From: Ignavibacteriota bacterium
Lineage (GTDB): Bacteria > Bacteroidota > Ignavibacteria > UBA10030
Length of the DNA: 64,000 nucleotides
Direction: 5' to 3'
Assembly: GCA_963727825.1 (NCBI GenBank)
Contig: CAVSHO010000001.1
Span: 64,001-128,000, forward strand
This document shows positions 12,621 to 22,076 of this stretch, piece after piece (within the stretch, counting starts at the first letter, position 1; the number at the start of each line of letters is the position of its first letter). The notes under the pieces were generated by a model. The model was not told the origin of the DNA. It did not search any database and saw only the letters and a list, made by a program, of their open reading frames with translations. The translations under genes and the position numbers were made by a program.

Positions 12621-13034
12621 ATGGGACAACAGCAGTTAATGCTAATCATACTTGGAATGGCCATTATTGGTATCGCACTGGCTGTTGGATTGAGTTTGTT
12701 TAGCTCTAATGGCGTTCAGGCGAACAAAGATGCAATTACCCATGATCTTCTTAATATTTTTGCAGCAAGTGCATATCACCACTATCTTCGTCCCCGAAGT
12801 ATGGGAGGCGGTGCATACGCTTTTGATGGTAGTCATGGCGGCAGCCCATATGTTATACCAACGATGTTGGCGAGCAACGCAAATGGCATATATGTTGCTG
12901 TCAATACACCAAGTACGTGCACTATCACAGGTAGTTCTGTTGCCTATCCTGGTAATTCAGTTTCGTTAACAATTGGTGCTGATGGTAAGCCTGCTCCTCC
13001 TGGTTGGGTTGTTGTTGGCCCGGACTTCAATTAA
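12621..13034 (+). CDS. Putative type IV pilin-like protein, MGQQQLLL type (copy 2)
   Basis: Paralog of 11944: MGQQQLMLIILG...GLSLF, QAN.DAI..DL, AY.Y.RP.SMGGG; divergent C-terminus. Confidence 0.6.
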   Translation: MGQQQLMLIILGMAIIGIALAVGLSLFSSNGVQANKDAITHDLLNIFAASAYHHYLRPRSMGGGAYAFDGSHGGSPYVIPTMLASNANGIYVAVNTPSTCTITGSSVAYPGNSVSLTIGADGKPAPPGWVVVGPDFN

Positions 13035-13256
13035 GCTTCATGCCTGATTATGGCAAAGTTATTTAATATGGATTCTATATCATCTGGATAAAGGTGGTTA
13101 GATTTTTTCCTATTTTGCACTTCATTGAACTATCATTAATCTGTTTTACGTATTCTTACTTGTATTTATCCTTTACTACTATTCCGCAAAATGTTGTTAT
13201 TCACATAATGGTAGGAAACACTTTTTCTTTATAAAACTTTATTGTATATATCTGTT

Positions 13257-13973
13257 ATGAAACCAAAATCTAAAGTTATTGTTGTCTTACCAGCCTATCA
13301 GGCTGAGAAGACATTAGAACTAACTGTTCGCGATATTTCACTCTCCGTCGTTGATGAAATTATTTTAGTTGACGATATGAGCAATGATCATACCGTGGAG
13401 ATTGCACGGAAATTTAATCTTGTTGTTGAACAACATACAAAGAATTTAGGCTATGGTGCGAATCAAAAAACATGCTACCAATTAGCCCTTCGTCGAAATG
13501 CAGATATCGTTGTTATGCTTCACCCTGATTATCAATATGACCCTAAGCTCATTCCTCATTTTGTTGATTTTATCCAAAATGGCTACTTCGACGTAATGCT
13601 CGGCACTCGAATACGCACAAGAAAGGAAGCTTTAGCAGGAGGAATGCCGCGATATAAATACTTTTCAAACCGACTCTTGACATTCATAGAGAACATTATC
13701 ACAGGGCAAAATCTATCCGAATGGCATACGGGCATGAGAGCATACAGCCGTCGAGTACTAGAGTCGATCGATTATTTAAAAAATTCGGATGATTTTGTTT
13801 TCGATAGCCAGGTGTTATTTCAAATTGTGGAGCATGGCTTTCGCATTGGAGAAATCCCCGTACCTGTCCGGTATTTTCCAGAAGCTTCCAGCATTAATTT
13901 CTCACGTAGTTTGCGATATGGAATTGGAACGATCGGAACCGCGTTAAAGTTCTTAATAAGAAAAATCTTCTGA
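13257..13973 (+). CDS. GT2 glycosyltransferase, polyprenol-phosphate sugar synthase (DPM1/ArnC-like)
   Basis: [38 protein letters not shown]. Confidence 0.85.
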   Translation: MKPKSKVIVVLPAYQAEKTLELTVRDISLSVVDEIILVDDMSNDHTVEIARKFNLVVEQHTKNLGYGANQKTCYQLALRRNADIVVMLHPDYQYDPKLIPHFVDFIQNGYFDVMLGTRIRTRKEALAGGMPRYKYFSNRLLTFIENIITGQNLSEWHTGMRAYSRRVLESIDYLKNSDDFVFDSQVLFQIVEHGFRIGEIPVPVRYFPEASSINFSRSLRYGIGTIGTALKFLIRKIF

Positions 13974-14003
13974 TCTATCAGTTGGGCGGGCGGCATCATT
14001 AAT

Positions 14004-15632
14004 ATGAGACTGAAAATACTAAACATTCCTTACCCACTAATATTCCTATTTTTCATCATTCTTTTCACAATTTTTTTTCGGGTGCGATTATTAAATGTTC
14101 CTCTAGAGCGCGATGAAGGTGAATATGCTTATATAGGTCAGCTCATTCTTGATGGGACTCCGCCTTACACCGAAGCATATAATATGAAATTCCCCGGTAT
14201 TTACTTTATCTATGCCGGAATATTATGGCTTTTCGGTGAAACACACACAGCAATTCATTTTTGTCTACTCATTGTCAATGTGCTCTCGATTGTACTACTT
14301 TACATTTTTGCACGCAGAGCCTATGATGATTGGGTTGCGGCAGCTTCTGCAGGCGCCTTTGCGCTCTTGAGTATGAGTTACCATGTTCAAGGGTTTTGGG
14401 CAAATGCTGAACATTTTATTTTGCCTTTCGTAATAGGCGCAAATATCCTCTTGCTTTCCGGGTTGAAGAAAAACCGAATAAAATATATTCTATTCAGTGG
14501 GATCCTGTTTGGCTGTGGAGCTCTTGTAAAACAGCAGGGCGCATTTTTTGGCCTCTTCGGATTCGCAGCTTTGCTTGTTTTGTTATGGCAAAATAAAACA
14601 TTTGAAAAAAAGATTTACTGGGAATGCATTTTAGCTTATTCTGGAGGAGTTATTATTCCCTTGCTCCTATGTTTTTCCTACCTCGCTTATGCAGGAGTTC
14701 TTGAAAAATTTTATCTTTGGACTTTTATCTACGCAAAGGAATATAGTTCGATAACATCCGTAATGGATATTAAATACAATTTCATTAGAGGGTTCCAATC
14801 CATCTTGTATTTTGCGTCTCTTATTTGGATCATAGCCGGAATAGGATTGATTACTTTATTTTCCGGCAAATATAATAAGCAATCGGGCATTCTCATTATA
14901 GGGTTACTCATTGCTGGCGTCATTGCGCTTTCGGTTGGCTTCTATTTTAGCCCACATTATTTTATATTAGTACTGCCTGCAACAGCCGTTCTTTTTGGAA
15001 TTGGAATTCGATATATTTTTCATATTTTTTCATCTGCTTCATCATCAATAGTACGCTATTTCCCACCCATCTTTATTGTTACGATAACAATTCTTGGCAC
15101 TATCGCAGCTCACTGGGATGTCCTATATCAATTCTCACTTGCTCAGGTGACTGAAACAGTATATCACAGTAATCCTTTTCTATTTTCTTCTAAGATTGCA
15201 AAAATAATAAGTGAAAATACTTCAAAAGAAGATCGAATAGCTATAATCGGAAATGAACCGCAATTCCTATTTTATTCTCACCGCAGGTCTGCGACATCGT
15301 TTATTTATACTTACTCTATTGGTGAAGACCAACCGCTTGCCGAACAATTTCGCTTTGAAATGATACAACAAATTGAATCGTCATTTCCCAAACTTCTCGT
15401 TTATTCAAGTATTCAACCCGAATGGTATAAAAAACCAAAAGGTTGGGAAGAGTTAGATAAATGGTTTTTTAGCTTTGCGAATTTACATTATGCTCCATTT
15501 GCCCGTTTTGAATACAATAATATTAAAGACACATTACTAATTACAGATACAGATAGGATATTAAAGAAACCGACGCATTTATTTTGGATCACGATTTATA
15601 AGAAACTATTAACTGATGATAAGCAAAAATGA
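14004..15632 (+). CDS. GT-C membrane glycosyltransferase (GT39/PMT/ArnT-like)
   Basis: ERDEGEYAY acidic loop after TM1, PY...K.PG, NAEHF, LVKQ, PHYF; many TM helices and a periplasmic tail. Confidence 0.8.
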   Translation: MRLKILNIPYPLIFLFFIILFTIFFRVRLLNVPLERDEGEYAYIGQLILDGTPPYTEAYNMKFPGIYFIYAGILWLFGETHTAIHFCLLIVNVLSIVLLYIFARRAYDDWVAAASAGAFALLSMSYHVQGFWANAEHFILPFVIGANILLLSGLKKNRIKYILFSGILFGCGALVKQQGAFFGLFGFAALLVLLWQNKTFEKKIYWECILAYSGGVIIPLLLCFSYLAYAGVLEKFYLWTFIYAKEYSSITSVMDIKYNFIRGFQSILYFASLIWIIAGIGLITLFSGKYNKQSGILIIGLLIAGVIALSVGFYFSPHYFILVLPATAVLFGIGIRYIFHIFSSASSSIVRYFPPIFIVTITILGTIAAHWDVLYQFSLAQVTETVYHSNPFLFSSKIAKIISENTSKEDRIAIIGNEPQFLFYSHRRSATSFIYTYSIGEDQPLAEQFRFEMIQQIESSFPKLLVYSSIQPEWYKKPKGWEELDKWFFSFANLHYAPFARFEYNNIKDTLLITDTDRILKKPTHLFWITIYKKLLTDDKQK

Positions 15633-15803
15633 AAAGCACAGATGTTGGTAAAATTAGAAAAGAGGTCTTACTTTCGTTTGAGTTTTTTATTGCTGATAAG
15701 TCTGTAGATATGTACATTAAATCAGCACTATGAGGATACGAACGAAGGGATGGCTATTTGAATTATCCACTGTCCGCCAGCATTCGTTGTTCAACTTGAA
15801 ACC

Positions 15804-17657
15804 ATGCACGATCATGGCAGGATAGACATCCATAAGCAAAGCATGAACCGAAACGATAAAAGAGAATACACCATCATACTGGGATTGCTGATCGCTCTCG
15901 GCTTAGTTCTCGTCGTTACGACAATTAAAGGCCCCTTCATAATCGACGAGGACAACTATCTAGTTACTGTAATTGGCCTCCGCCAAGGGGTTCTTACCGT
16001 ACCCGGTACGGAAGGACTCACGCCAAGTAAAGAGCTTTTCTTTTTTGACCCGGAGGCATATGGTAGAATCGCTTCCCGCACGCCTGTATTTTCTATCGCA
16101 CCACCATTGTATGCACCAATAGCTCTTCCATTTGTGTTTTTGGGTTGGCGAGGTCTAGTGCTCCTCAATACCATTTCATATCTGCTCACGGCATTCATTG
16201 TTTTTGTGACGGTAAAACACTTTTCGACTGAGCGCCAGACACCATGGCTCGCTGCAGCGCTTGTGTTGTTTGGAGGATATGCGATCGAGTATGCTCAAGG
16301 CGTCTGGCCCCACATGCTTTCTGTATGCCTGGTAACGTCTGCTGTCTTTGCCGCCAGCAGAGTATGGAATGGGGGAAGACCACAGATCGCGATCATCTGC
16401 GGATTGCTGATGGGCATTGCCACCGGGGTTAGAGAGCAGAACATTATCCTAACCGGGCTATTGGGTATAACGCTACTTCTATTCGGTGTAAAAAAAATTG
16501 TCTCATCCTTTTGGTTCGCCCTCGGAGCTTTGCTTCCTCTTACACTCATAGGAATAATTAATTTTTTTAGACAGGGAATATTCCATCCGTTTCCGAAGGC
16601 GGTCGCATTTTCAGGTCAGTTGACTCAGAGTGTAAGCGGTAGTTCGACTAGTTCGCCTCTGCAAATGTTCTGGGCACGGGTGGTTGATTTTTCCTCGTAC
16701 CCGCCAATTACAGACTCCATCCAATCTCTCTTCTACAGAAAGGATCCCGTATCCGGCGTTGTCTTCGTATTCGGAGTAGTGAAAAAGGCACTAATTCAAT
16801 CTTCTCCCTGGGTTGCCCTGGCGTTGGTAATTCTAATTCTTGTCTGGCTAAACAGAAATCTGTATTCGAAAGATGTGAAAAAAAATCTCAGAGCTCTCTC
16901 TTTGTTAATCCTCCCTTTTCTTGTGTTCATGACATTGGTGGGGGGAGTACGAACAGATGGGCTTTGTTACAATCAGCGATATTTTCTTGAAGTCATTCCG
17001 TTGGCGGCGATTACCATCGCACTTGCACTCGACGGACTTGCCCTTCCCATCGTACCTATGGTCACTGGCTTACTGGGTTCAGGTATTCTGTTTGCACTGA
17101 CGTTGATGCTCTCGTCTCGTTCCCTGTATGGAATTGCTCTCACCAGGATTCCGCTTCTTTTGGCTGCAGTCCTAGTGATGGTCTGGATTTTTCGATCAGA
17201 AAAGTCTATACACTTGATCTTCCCACTCCTAATAGGACTTTGTATCGGGTGGGCGATGTTTGTTCACGTATTTGATGATCTCTCAGCATCGCGGACACGA
17301 AGGAGTAGGCAAGCTGCACAACTTGCAGTTCTGGAATCGACCATACCAAATCATTCCGCTCTTTTCGCATATTGGGGTTCGAAGGATGCTGCAGGGCCGC
17401 TCTTGCTTACGCGCGATGTCGTGATCCTCGATGTCTGGGCAGATAATGGAGTTGATGCTGTTCGGCTTACACATGAGCTCGAGCTCCAAAACCGCCGGAT
17501 CTTCGTCTTGACGGATTGGTTTCCTGATTTAGTGCTGAAAGGAATTGTAGGCAAAGATTCTCTCGCTGTTGTATCTAGACGTACGATTGGTATCGGTGAA
17601 GTTGTCAAACGGAATCAAGAGAATAATCATATGGAAATGAGCTCTCCGAAACTATAA
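15804..17657 (+). CDS. Polytopic GT-C-like membrane protein
   Basis: IIDEDNY acidic motif after TM1, PPLYA, WPHM, NQRYFLE; start may be 15843. Confidence 0.6.
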   Translation: MHDHGRIDIHKQSMNRNDKREYTIILGLLIALGLVLVVTTIKGPFIIDEDNYLVTVIGLRQGVLTVPGTEGLTPSKELFFFDPEAYGRIASRTPVFSIAPPLYAPIALPFVFLGWRGLVLLNTISYLLTAFIVFVTVKHFSTERQTPWLAAALVLFGGYAIEYAQGVWPHMLSVCLVTSAVFAASRVWNGGRPQIAIICGLLMGIATGVREQNIILTGLLGITLLLFGVKKIVSSFWFALGALLPLTLIGIINFFRQGIFHPFPKAVAFSGQLTQSVSGSSTSSPLQMFWARVVDFSSYPPITDSIQSLFYRKDPVSGVVFVFGVVKKALIQSSPWVALALVILILVWLNRNLYSKDVKKNLRALSLLILPFLVFMTLVGGVRTDGLCYNQRYFLEVIPLAAITIALALDGLALPIVPMVTGLLGSGILFALTLMLSSRSLYGIALTRIPLLLAAVLVMVWIFRSEKSIHLIFPLLIGLCIGWAMFVHVFDDLSASRTRRSRQAAQLAVLESTIPNHSALFAYWGSKDAAGPLLLTRDVVILDVWADNGVDAVRLTHELELQNRRIFVLTDWFPDLVLKGIVGKDSLAVVSRRTIGIGEVVKRNQENNHMEMSSPKL

Positions 17658-19213
17658 TGAATCTCCGCAAACAATTACTCACATGGTTGCCCACTTTCAC
17701 CGTGATCGCCATATTCCTAATCTATCTACGCACTTTGCTACCCGGGATTGGATACTCAGGCGATACATCAAAATTTCAATTCGTGGGCAAGGTTCTTGGC
17801 ACACCTCATGAACCGGGTTCGCCGACTTACGTTATGCTCAATTTTCTTTTCGTGAACATATTCCCAATCGGTACGACAGCTTTCAAGGCAAATCTGTTTT
17901 CAGCAATAACCTCAATGCTTTGCCTGTGGGTTCTCTCGCGTTCCCTGATTTTACTCGGTGTGCGTCCTTTCATCGCCGCTTGTACAGTCGCAATTTTTGG
18001 GTTCACATACACCTTCTGGTCGCAATCGGTAATCGCCGAAGTGTATTCGTTATGCATACTCTTCATCGCGATTACTCTGTATTACTTCATTCGGTGGCAC
18101 CTCTTTGGGGAGTATAGATATTTCCTATTCGCTTGTGCGTTCTATTCCTTTTCTTTTGGTGATCATCTCATCGTCGTGACATTGTTTCCTGCAATATTCT
18201 TTTTAGTTTTGGCAACAAGGAGGGATTATTTCACTAAGCCGCGGATCATTGTGCACGTGACTATCTTGATTCTTCTAGGAGCGCTCCAATATGGTTATCT
18301 GTTTTGGAGAACATATGCCCATGACACGTCCTATCTCGAAATTGCAGTTACAAATCTCAACGATCTCTGGCGCTATGCAAGTGGAGGGCAATTCCATGAT
18401 AAATTGATGGATGGAGGCCTGAACAAAGCTTTCTTTATTCGGATGCCTATAATGGTTCGCCTAGCGTGGCTTGAATATTCTGTGTTCTTACCTTTTGCCA
18501 TTCTAAGTTTTTTCGTCATTCGTGATACTTCGTTGAGAGTATTTCTCGTACTATGTGCAGCAGGAACATTTGTGTTTACATGCATATATGGAATTCCGGA
18601 CATATATGTTTATATGATTCCAGTGTACTATATCTTGGCATTAGCTCTTGGGATTGGCTTGGAATGGCTTGCCAGCTGCTGCACGCGGCGCTCCTTGATT
18701 CTTTTTCAGCTCTCTCTTGTTTGCATGCCCTGCCTCTTCCTGTCTGTCAACTATCAAAAGGCGGATCAAAGCAGCAATGTGAGCGCGAAGGAGTTCGTTG
18801 AACGCTCGCTCAAGTCTATTGGCAGAAAGTCGCTCATCGTCTGTCCAAAATATGATTGGGGAGAAAATTTTTGGTATTATATTTTTGCAGAAGGATATCA
18901 GCAAGACAGCATCTATGCTTTTTACCCGCATGATACTGAAGTGCCGGTCGAATCGCTGGAATCGTACATCAACGACGGTAAACCGCTTTATTTACCTGTC
19001 CAGCGCTGTTACACTCCCGCCGGACTGACAGTATATTTCTGTACTTCCTCCGAAGAACGTGATTTCGATGATTCTCGCGCGCGATACCCATCCATTAAGA
19101 CTATTCTTCCCTTTTCTATAAGTGATCCTTCTATGGAGCGTATGATAAATAACGGTTTCCGATTTACACAAATAGGAATTGGTATGTACAGAATAGATAA
19201 ACCTTCACTTTGA
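17657..19213 (+). CDS. DUF2723 / TMEM260-like GT-C protein O-mannosyltransferase homolog
   Basis: GDTSKFQ...LGTPHEPGSPTY, FWSQSVIAEVYSL; translationally coupled to upstream gene (TAATG). Confidence 0.8.
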   Translation: MNLRKQLLTWLPTFTVIAIFLIYLRTLLPGIGYSGDTSKFQFVGKVLGTPHEPGSPTYVMLNFLFVNIFPIGTTAFKANLFSAITSMLCLWVLSRSLILLGVRPFIAACTVAIFGFTYTFWSQSVIAEVYSLCILFIAITLYYFIRWHLFGEYRYFLFACAFYSFSFGDHLIVVTLFPAIFFLVLATRRDYFTKPRIIVHVTILILLGALQYGYLFWRTYAHDTSYLEIAVTNLNDLWRYASGGQFHDKLMDGGLNKAFFIRMPIMVRLAWLEYSVFLPFAILSFFVIRDTSLRVFLVLCAAGTFVFTCIYGIPDIYVYMIPVYYILALALGIGLEWLASCCTRRSLILFQLSLVCMPCLFLSVNYQKADQSSNVSAKEFVERSLKSIGRKSLIVCPKYDWGENFWYYIFAEGYQQDSIYAFYPHDTEVPVESLESYINDGKPLYLPVQRCYTPAGLTVYFCTSSEERDFDDSRARYPSIKTILPFSISDPSMERMINNGFRFTQIGIGMYRIDKPSL

Positions 19214-19234
19214 AATTCCTTCCTGCTAAGCATT

Positions 19235-19266
19235 CAATGGGGTACGCCTCAACTAAAACCCCATTG
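19235..19266. terminator. Hairpin between convergent genes, possible bidirectional terminator
   Basis: CAATGGGGT...ACCCCATTG inverted repeat; no clear U-tract. Confidence 0.35.
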
Positions 19267-19292
19267 GGGGCGATGTTGAGATGTTTGCATAA

Positions 19293-20522
19293 CTATTTCT
19301 TTCTTTTGTGTAAAATTATATTCCAATTCGGATTTATTGGAATGCTTACACTATCTTTTGTTCCGATTAAGCTGCTGTTATATTTCCAATTATAGTCTAT
19401 CATTTTTGTTCGTATTCCAATTGAAATAGATGAACAAGGTATAAGGAGCAGTAATGATATAATAAATATATTTTTCCAGATTCCTTGTTGATTTAAACAA
19501 AGTATTAAAGACCACGCGACCATTACATGAGGTAAATAATAATATCTGCCGGATATTGTCGTGACGAATGGAGAGAAATTGTACCTAGCTATGAGAGCTA
19601 TCAGTACTATTACTGATACGGTTAAAAACATAAATACTATCTTTAATATTCGTTTATCCTTTGAAGATTTTAGATAGGACAGGTAGAGAAGAATAGAATA
19701 AAAAGCTAACGCGCCGACGCTTATTATTAGTGCATTACTTTTCATCATAGATCTTCCAAAAAACAGTCCGCTGAACATCCTTCTTCCAAATATAGAAATG
19801 TAAACGTCTAAATTGAACATGTTACCCTCTTGCAAAATTTCTGTGCTCGGAACGATGAAGGAGAGTTGAATCAATAGCATGCAAAACGCTGTAACGAGCA
19901 AGGTATATCCATATATCTTTTTTGTATGTAATAATTTCCACACGAGAAAGGGGAATATAATAATCAGAAATGGACCTGTTAATCCTGCAAATATGATTAT
20001 AATAAAATCAGATATTACTTGAAGAGTGTAATTTCCGTATTTTTTATTAGGGGCGTCTTTTAGTAACGTCAATACGAGCAATAAACACAATATCCATTGG
20101 AGATTTGTTACGTTGAGAAAGACCTCATTCAATACTTGTGGAACAATTACAATTGAAAGAGCTAAGAGTGGTTTAAATGGTAATGGCAGTCTTGGTGAAA
20201 AACAATGAGCGATTACTATAATAGTAATTAACAGACACGTATAATTGTAAACTGCCGGTATGTTAGCATATGAAAAGAACAAGTCGGCAAATACTGCTAT
20301 AAGTCTTGGAACAATATGAAGATAGCCGGCATATGGAGTAAATATGGACGCGGCACCATATTCATATTGTTGAGCGAAGAAGATCGTTCCGTCTTCTGCC
20401 CAAAACTGAGGATTAATCAAAGAATCCGATTTTCGAACTATGAGTATAAGTATTGCAAGTACTATAAAGGCAATATTTTTATAATTTATAAACCTATTTT
20501 GTGCGACATGTCTTGTATCCAT
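19293..20522 (-). CDS. Polytopic GT-C-like membrane protein (PQFWAEDG type)
   Basis: PQFWAEDG, PYAGYLH..PRL, TNLQW, GRYYYLP; very AT-rich. Confidence 0.6.
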   Translation of the reverse strand: MDTRHVAQNRFINYKNIAFIVLAILILIVRKSDSLINPQFWAEDGTIFFAQQYEYGAASIFTPYAGYLHIVPRLIAVFADLFFSYANIPAVYNYTCLLITIIVIAHCFSPRLPLPFKPLLALSIVIVPQVLNEVFLNVTNLQWILCLLLVLTLLKDAPNKKYGNYTLQVISDFIIIIFAGLTGPFLIIIFPFLVWKLLHTKKIYGYTLLVTAFCMLLIQLSFIVPSTEILQEGNMFNLDVYISIFGRRMFSGLFFGRSMMKSNALIISVGALAFYSILLYLSYLKSSKDKRILKIVFMFLTVSVIVLIALIARYNFSPFVTTISGRYYYLPHVMVAWSLILCLNQQGIWKNIFIISLLLLIPCSSISIGIRTKMIDYNWKYNSSLIGTKDSVSIPINPNWNIILHKRKK

Positions 20523-20691
20523 GCAAGGTCTTCGATTCGATGGAACAAAAATACTGCTGTTTGTTTCCTATTTGAACAAAATCTTTCATTTCTCTATTTC
20601 TATTAAGCATTCATTATAACGATTGTAGTGTATTAGCCCCAATTAATCAAGTATTAAAAAATTTCGGTAGAGTCTCAATTCAATATAGTTG

Positions 20692-20790
20692 GTTAGTGAT
20701 GTCAGTCCCGCCGGCCTGCTGCGGGCAGGCAAAGCGGGATTCCTGACATTCAACGGTATCGGTCAGGACGTAACTCCTGACCGCACTAAC
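20692..20790. repeat. Nested palindromic REP/REPIN-like element
   Basis: Outer GTTAGTG/CACTAAC; inner ATGTCAG/CTGACAT enclosing TCCCGC/GCGGGA and GCCTGC/GCAGGC; second hairpin CGGTCAGGA/TCCTGACCG. Confidence 0.65.
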
Positions 20791-20874
20791 TATTATATCC
20801 GTAGGTTCATCTGCTTCCTATCTGGGGTAATTCAATTTCTGAAACAATTGCCATTAGAGGGTGGACATTCATCT

Positions 20875-20901
20875 GGAACTATCTATCTCCAGTGTCGTCT
20901 A
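20875..20901 (+). promoter_or_regulatory. Candidate ECF (sigmaE-type) promoter
   Basis: GGAACT-N16-GTCTA about 50 nt upstream of the PDZ gene. Confidence 0.4.
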
Positions 20902-20953
20902 TAAAATTGAACCCATAGATCAATCAACATTTCAATAAAAGGAAAAGACAGCC

Positions 20954-21949
20954 ATGAAAACAATTTTACAAGTTATCGCATGCTTTGCAATAGCGCTTTT
21001 TCTTTCAACTAGTACGGTATTGAGTGCCAGTGGCAAACTCCCGGGTGAGACCCAAAAGAAAGAAAGAATAAAAAGCTCCGGGTGGATGGGAGTCATGATT
21101 CAGGATGTAAGCGAAAATATTGCGCGAAAGGCAAAGCTCGACTCCGAAGAAGGCGCATACGTAAAGGATGTAATTGAAGACAGCCCAGCAGACTCCGCCG
21201 GAATTCGAGAGCGTGATATCATAATTGAGTTTAATGGAAAAAAAATATTTGATTCAGATGATTTAACGAAAATAGTACATCGAACTTTACCGGGAACGAA
21301 AGCAGACATTGTTATTGTCCGTGATGGTCAAAAGAAAACACTTGCATTAACTGTCGGCAAGAAAAAAGAATCAAAACATGAGATGTTTGGCGCGCTTCCC
21401 AATGTACCTGATGTGCATGTTTTTGTAGGAAATCGCATCCTTGGACTGCAGCTTCTCACTCTCAATGAGCAGCTTGGTGAATATTTCGGTGTGCCGAATA
21501 ATGAAGGAGTGTTAGTAGAGAAAGTGGAAAGTGAAAGCGCTGCAGATAAAGCAGGCTTTAAAGCCGGTGATGTTATTATCCGGGTTGGAAATAAAGCAGT
21601 AGGCGAAGCGGAAAAAATTCAAAGGGAACTTCGTAAATATGATGAAGGCGATAAAGTAGACTTTGAAATTATGCGAAAGGGAGTAAAAAAAGTATTGAGT
21701 GTAGAGATGGAAGAAGAGCAAATTGTTCCGCCAAACTTCTTTTTCCGAAAGCCACACTTTCAGATGTTCCGAATAAATCCATTCGGTGAGGAAGAAATGC
21801 ATTTGGATATAGATGAACTTAGGTCTAACTTAAATCAAGTACAAATCGAGCTTAGGAATTCGATAAAAGATGATAAAATAATAAGCCATGAAATTCAAAG
21901 ACCTGGAAGATGGTTTTTACTACCATCAACTGAATCAATAATATTATGA
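20954..21949 (+). CDS. Exported tandem-PDZ protein without a protease domain
   Basis: Signal peptide; GWMGV..SPADSAGI..DII and LGLQL..SAADKAGFKAGDVI PDZ domains. Confidence 0.85.
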   Translation: MKTILQVIACFAIALFLSTSTVLSASGKLPGETQKKERIKSSGWMGVMIQDVSENIARKAKLDSEEGAYVKDVIEDSPADSAGIRERDIIIEFNGKKIFDSDDLTKIVHRTLPGTKADIVIVRDGQKKTLALTVGKKKESKHEMFGALPNVPDVHVFVGNRILGLQLLTLNEQLGEYFGVPNNEGVLVEKVESESAADKAGFKAGDVIIRVGNKAVGEAEKIQRELRKYDEGDKVDFEIMRKGVKKVLSVEMEEEQIVPPNFFFRKPHFQMFRINPFGEEEMHLDIDELRSNLNQVQIELRNSIKDDKIISHEIQRPGRWFLLPSTESIIL

Positions 21950-21981
21950 CCCCTTCCATATTTTTTATGCCTTAAAATGAT

Positions 21982-22020
21982 AATCCGGTGTGCCAATAAT
22001 GGTAGCCGGATTTCTTTTAT
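21982..22020 (+). terminator. Rho-independent terminator
   Basis: AATCCGG...CCGGATT stem followed by TCTTTTAT. Confidence 0.55.
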
Positions 22021-22076
22021 TGTTCGTCAAGCGTCTTGCCAATCTCCGAACCATAACGTACCTTTCATCGTGAACT

